DNA of 64,000 nucleotides from NCBI RefSeq assembly GCF_036321535.1, contig NC_087437.1, positions 54,376,001 through 54,440,000 on the forward strand, written 5' to 3'. The notes under the pieces are model-generated. The model ran no database searches. It was given only the letters and a program-made list of their open reading frames with translations, and was not told where the DNA came from. Every line of letters starts with the position of its first letter. Positions within the stretch are counted from its first letter, which is position 1. Origin of the DNA: Camelus dromedarius. Its lineage: Eukaryota. A program made the position numbers and the translations under genes. Of the stretch, positions 61,917 to 64,000 are shown piece after piece.

Positions 61917-63099
61917 TCACTCTTGCTTAAGAAGCAAGCAAGCAAACAAATAAACAGATAACTTCCTCTGGTTTTCAGAATAAATGCAAAATGTCTCCAG
62001 CTTCAACATCTTCATCTTCTCCTCTAACTTCAAGTCACTATGCCAGCAATATCTCCCCCTTTCTACATCACATCACAAGAAAAATAAACTACTTGCATTT
62101 AACTGTACAATGGCCCTCATGCACTGCTACCTCATGCTCCACATCTTTTGCTCCTGCTGTTCCTCCCATCAAGTTCTAGCCATTTCTTCAGGCCAAATTC
62201 AAATGACGTCCCTTTCAGGAAACATCCTACAACTCTCAGCCAGAATCAACCTCTCCTTCATGTAACATCTTTGCAAGGGCCCAGTCTGCACTTCTTTATG
62301 GTACTTAACACAATTTCTCTTTTATTATAAAGAAGAGGAGTTTTAATTAGTCATAAGGCTAAAAGGGACTTAAGAGATCACCTAATCTTTAAATCTTTCA
62401 CACCATTACCATCGCACCAAGTCTTCCATCATCTGTTCAGGGGAACTCACTACCTCCCAGGTAGTTCATCGACCCTTCCAAACTTGAACAGCGCTATTTA
62501 AAAAGCAACAATCAGAAGCAATTTTTAAAGCCCTTCACCATATGAAGTCAGTACCTACATGTCTCGTTTCCAAACGAGGAAACCAAGGCACTATAAGAGA
62601 ACAGGAAATGTTTTCTTAAGTAGCCAGGAAAGTAGTAAAGGAAAGTTCTGGTTTAATTTATCTCATTGTGCTGCTCAGAGGCTTCTCGGCTTCTGGACTG
62701 TGATGCAAATAATCTCCTAAGAGGCTGAGAGGGATGGAAAGACACCAAGGCAACCGCTCTGCCTTGTTTACTGGAGAACGCAAGGGTGCCTCTCCACAGC
62801 TGTGCTGCGGGGAAGGGGCTAGACAGACAGCTGTGCAGCCCCAGCAGATGTGGCTGAGCCACAGTTCACTGTCACCCTGTCAGCCTGAACTGCTGGAACA
62901 CCATGCAACACGCTCTGGGTGGCCCTCACAGAGCTGTGAAGGGAGCCTGCAAAAGACAACCCCTCATCACCAAGCTAACCGAGGGCAAAAGCCTATCTAA
63001 CCGGCTACATGGCCTGACTTCTGATGGCAAAATACACCACCTCTGTCTAGAAAGCATCCTTAGAATTTTCTCGTGCCTTCTCCAGTTGTCTCCTGGAAG

Positions 63100-63270
63100 A
63101 TCACTGTTCTTGAAAAGAACTCAGATTTAGAATCACTGCCACTTACTTGCTGTGTGGCCCTCAATGAGTCACTTCACTTTAATGAAACTCACCTGTAAAA
63201 CGGGGCAAGTAATAGTTTCTGAGATTGTGATAAGGATCAATGACAAACAGAAACTGACTTACCATGGCCT
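63100..63270 (+). mobile_element. MIR SINE
   Basis: 'ctgccacttacttgctgtgtggccct..gagtcacttcac..cacctgtaaaacgggg..gtgataaggatcaatga'. Confidence 0.75.
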
Positions 63271-63769
63271 GGCGCAATAAACCATAGTTCCTTCTAGTCT
63301 TGCTTTAGACTAGAGCCACCTCGGCTCCTGGGTGGTCCAGCAGGACATTGCCCTTTTGGGGCCCCAGGCTGGCCCATCTCCTAAACTCACTGCTAGAATC
63401 TTGCTTCCCCAGGTCTGTCCTTTGGGGGACAAAACATGAGGCTAGTGGGTGCGCCCCCTAGACCAAGGGCAGCTGTGTGCATGGGGCAGGGAGGGGCTGG
63501 AGTGGGGAGCGGGTTGTGGGCAGGTCTTTGTCAGGAGGCCAGAGCCCGTGCCTTGTCAGTGCATGCATGCCGGGCACTCACACTGCATTAGCGAGCAGGG
63601 GTGGGGACAGGAGGAGGCAAGCGGCCAGACAGGGGCCTCATTTTGCACACTTGCCTCAGACTTCACAAATGTTAGGGGTGGGCCTTATTCCCTGTCTTCC
63701 TTACTTCTAATCCACATCTGAGCTAATCTCATCCAACCCAATCCAGTGCATGATTCTGCCAGCTAGAAG

Positions 63770-64000
63770 AATTCTTTTCTGTTTGTGGCTGAATACTATT
63801 CCATTGTAGGTCTATGCCACAATTTGTTTATCCATTCATGCATTGATGAACATTTGGTTGTTTCCACTTTTTTGTCTATTGTGAGCAATGCCACTATGGA
63901 CCCAGGTGTACAAGCTGCTTGGGTCCCCATATTCAACTCTTTGGGACAGATATGTAGGGGTAGAATTGCTGAATCATATGATAATTTTCTGTTTAACTTA
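63770..64000 (-). mobile_element. L1M-type fragment, antisense, running off the window
   Basis: 'tggctgaatactattccattgt..tgccacaatttgtttatccattca..gatgaacatttggttgtttccac..tagaattgctgaatcatatg'. Confidence 0.88.

Noticed and set aside
2040..63171. About a dozen AP-1 heptamers (TGASTCA) across the window
   Set aside because: The count is near my rough chance expectation for a 7-mer in 64 kb. Only the ETS-overlapping site was kept.

Overview
This is mammalian genomic DNA, most likely camelid: it carries four copies of a tRNA-derived Vic-1-type SINE and cetartiodactyl-type L1 3' ends. I could not recognise any cellular protein-coding exon, tRNA, rRNA, miRNA or CRISPR array, so the window looks intergenic or deep-intronic. 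The only ORFs I recognise are decayed L1 ORF2 pieces. Much of the window is interspersed repeat: old L1M, L2, CR1/L3, MIR, MaLR/ERVL LTRs, hAT MITEs, and younger lineage-specific L1 and SINE copies. Many are nested and their target-site duplications (TSDs) are readable. The main non-repeat feature is a GC/CpG-rich, promoter-like island at about 25.9-27.1 kb with CCAAT, an NRF1-like site, a perfect CArG box, MCAT, a G4 motif and splice donors on both strands. A second SRF/TEAD/MEF2-like cluster lies at about 22.1 kb. The most unusual observations concern retrotransposition: SINE tails that extend into unique sequence ending in T-runs, a double-tailed L1 with a micro-transduction holding a SINE, and a foreign 138-bp patch flanked by a 24-25 bp duplication. 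I found no convincing novel multi-gene system. Repeat family names come from recall of consensus sequences by eye, and boundaries without TSDs are approximate.
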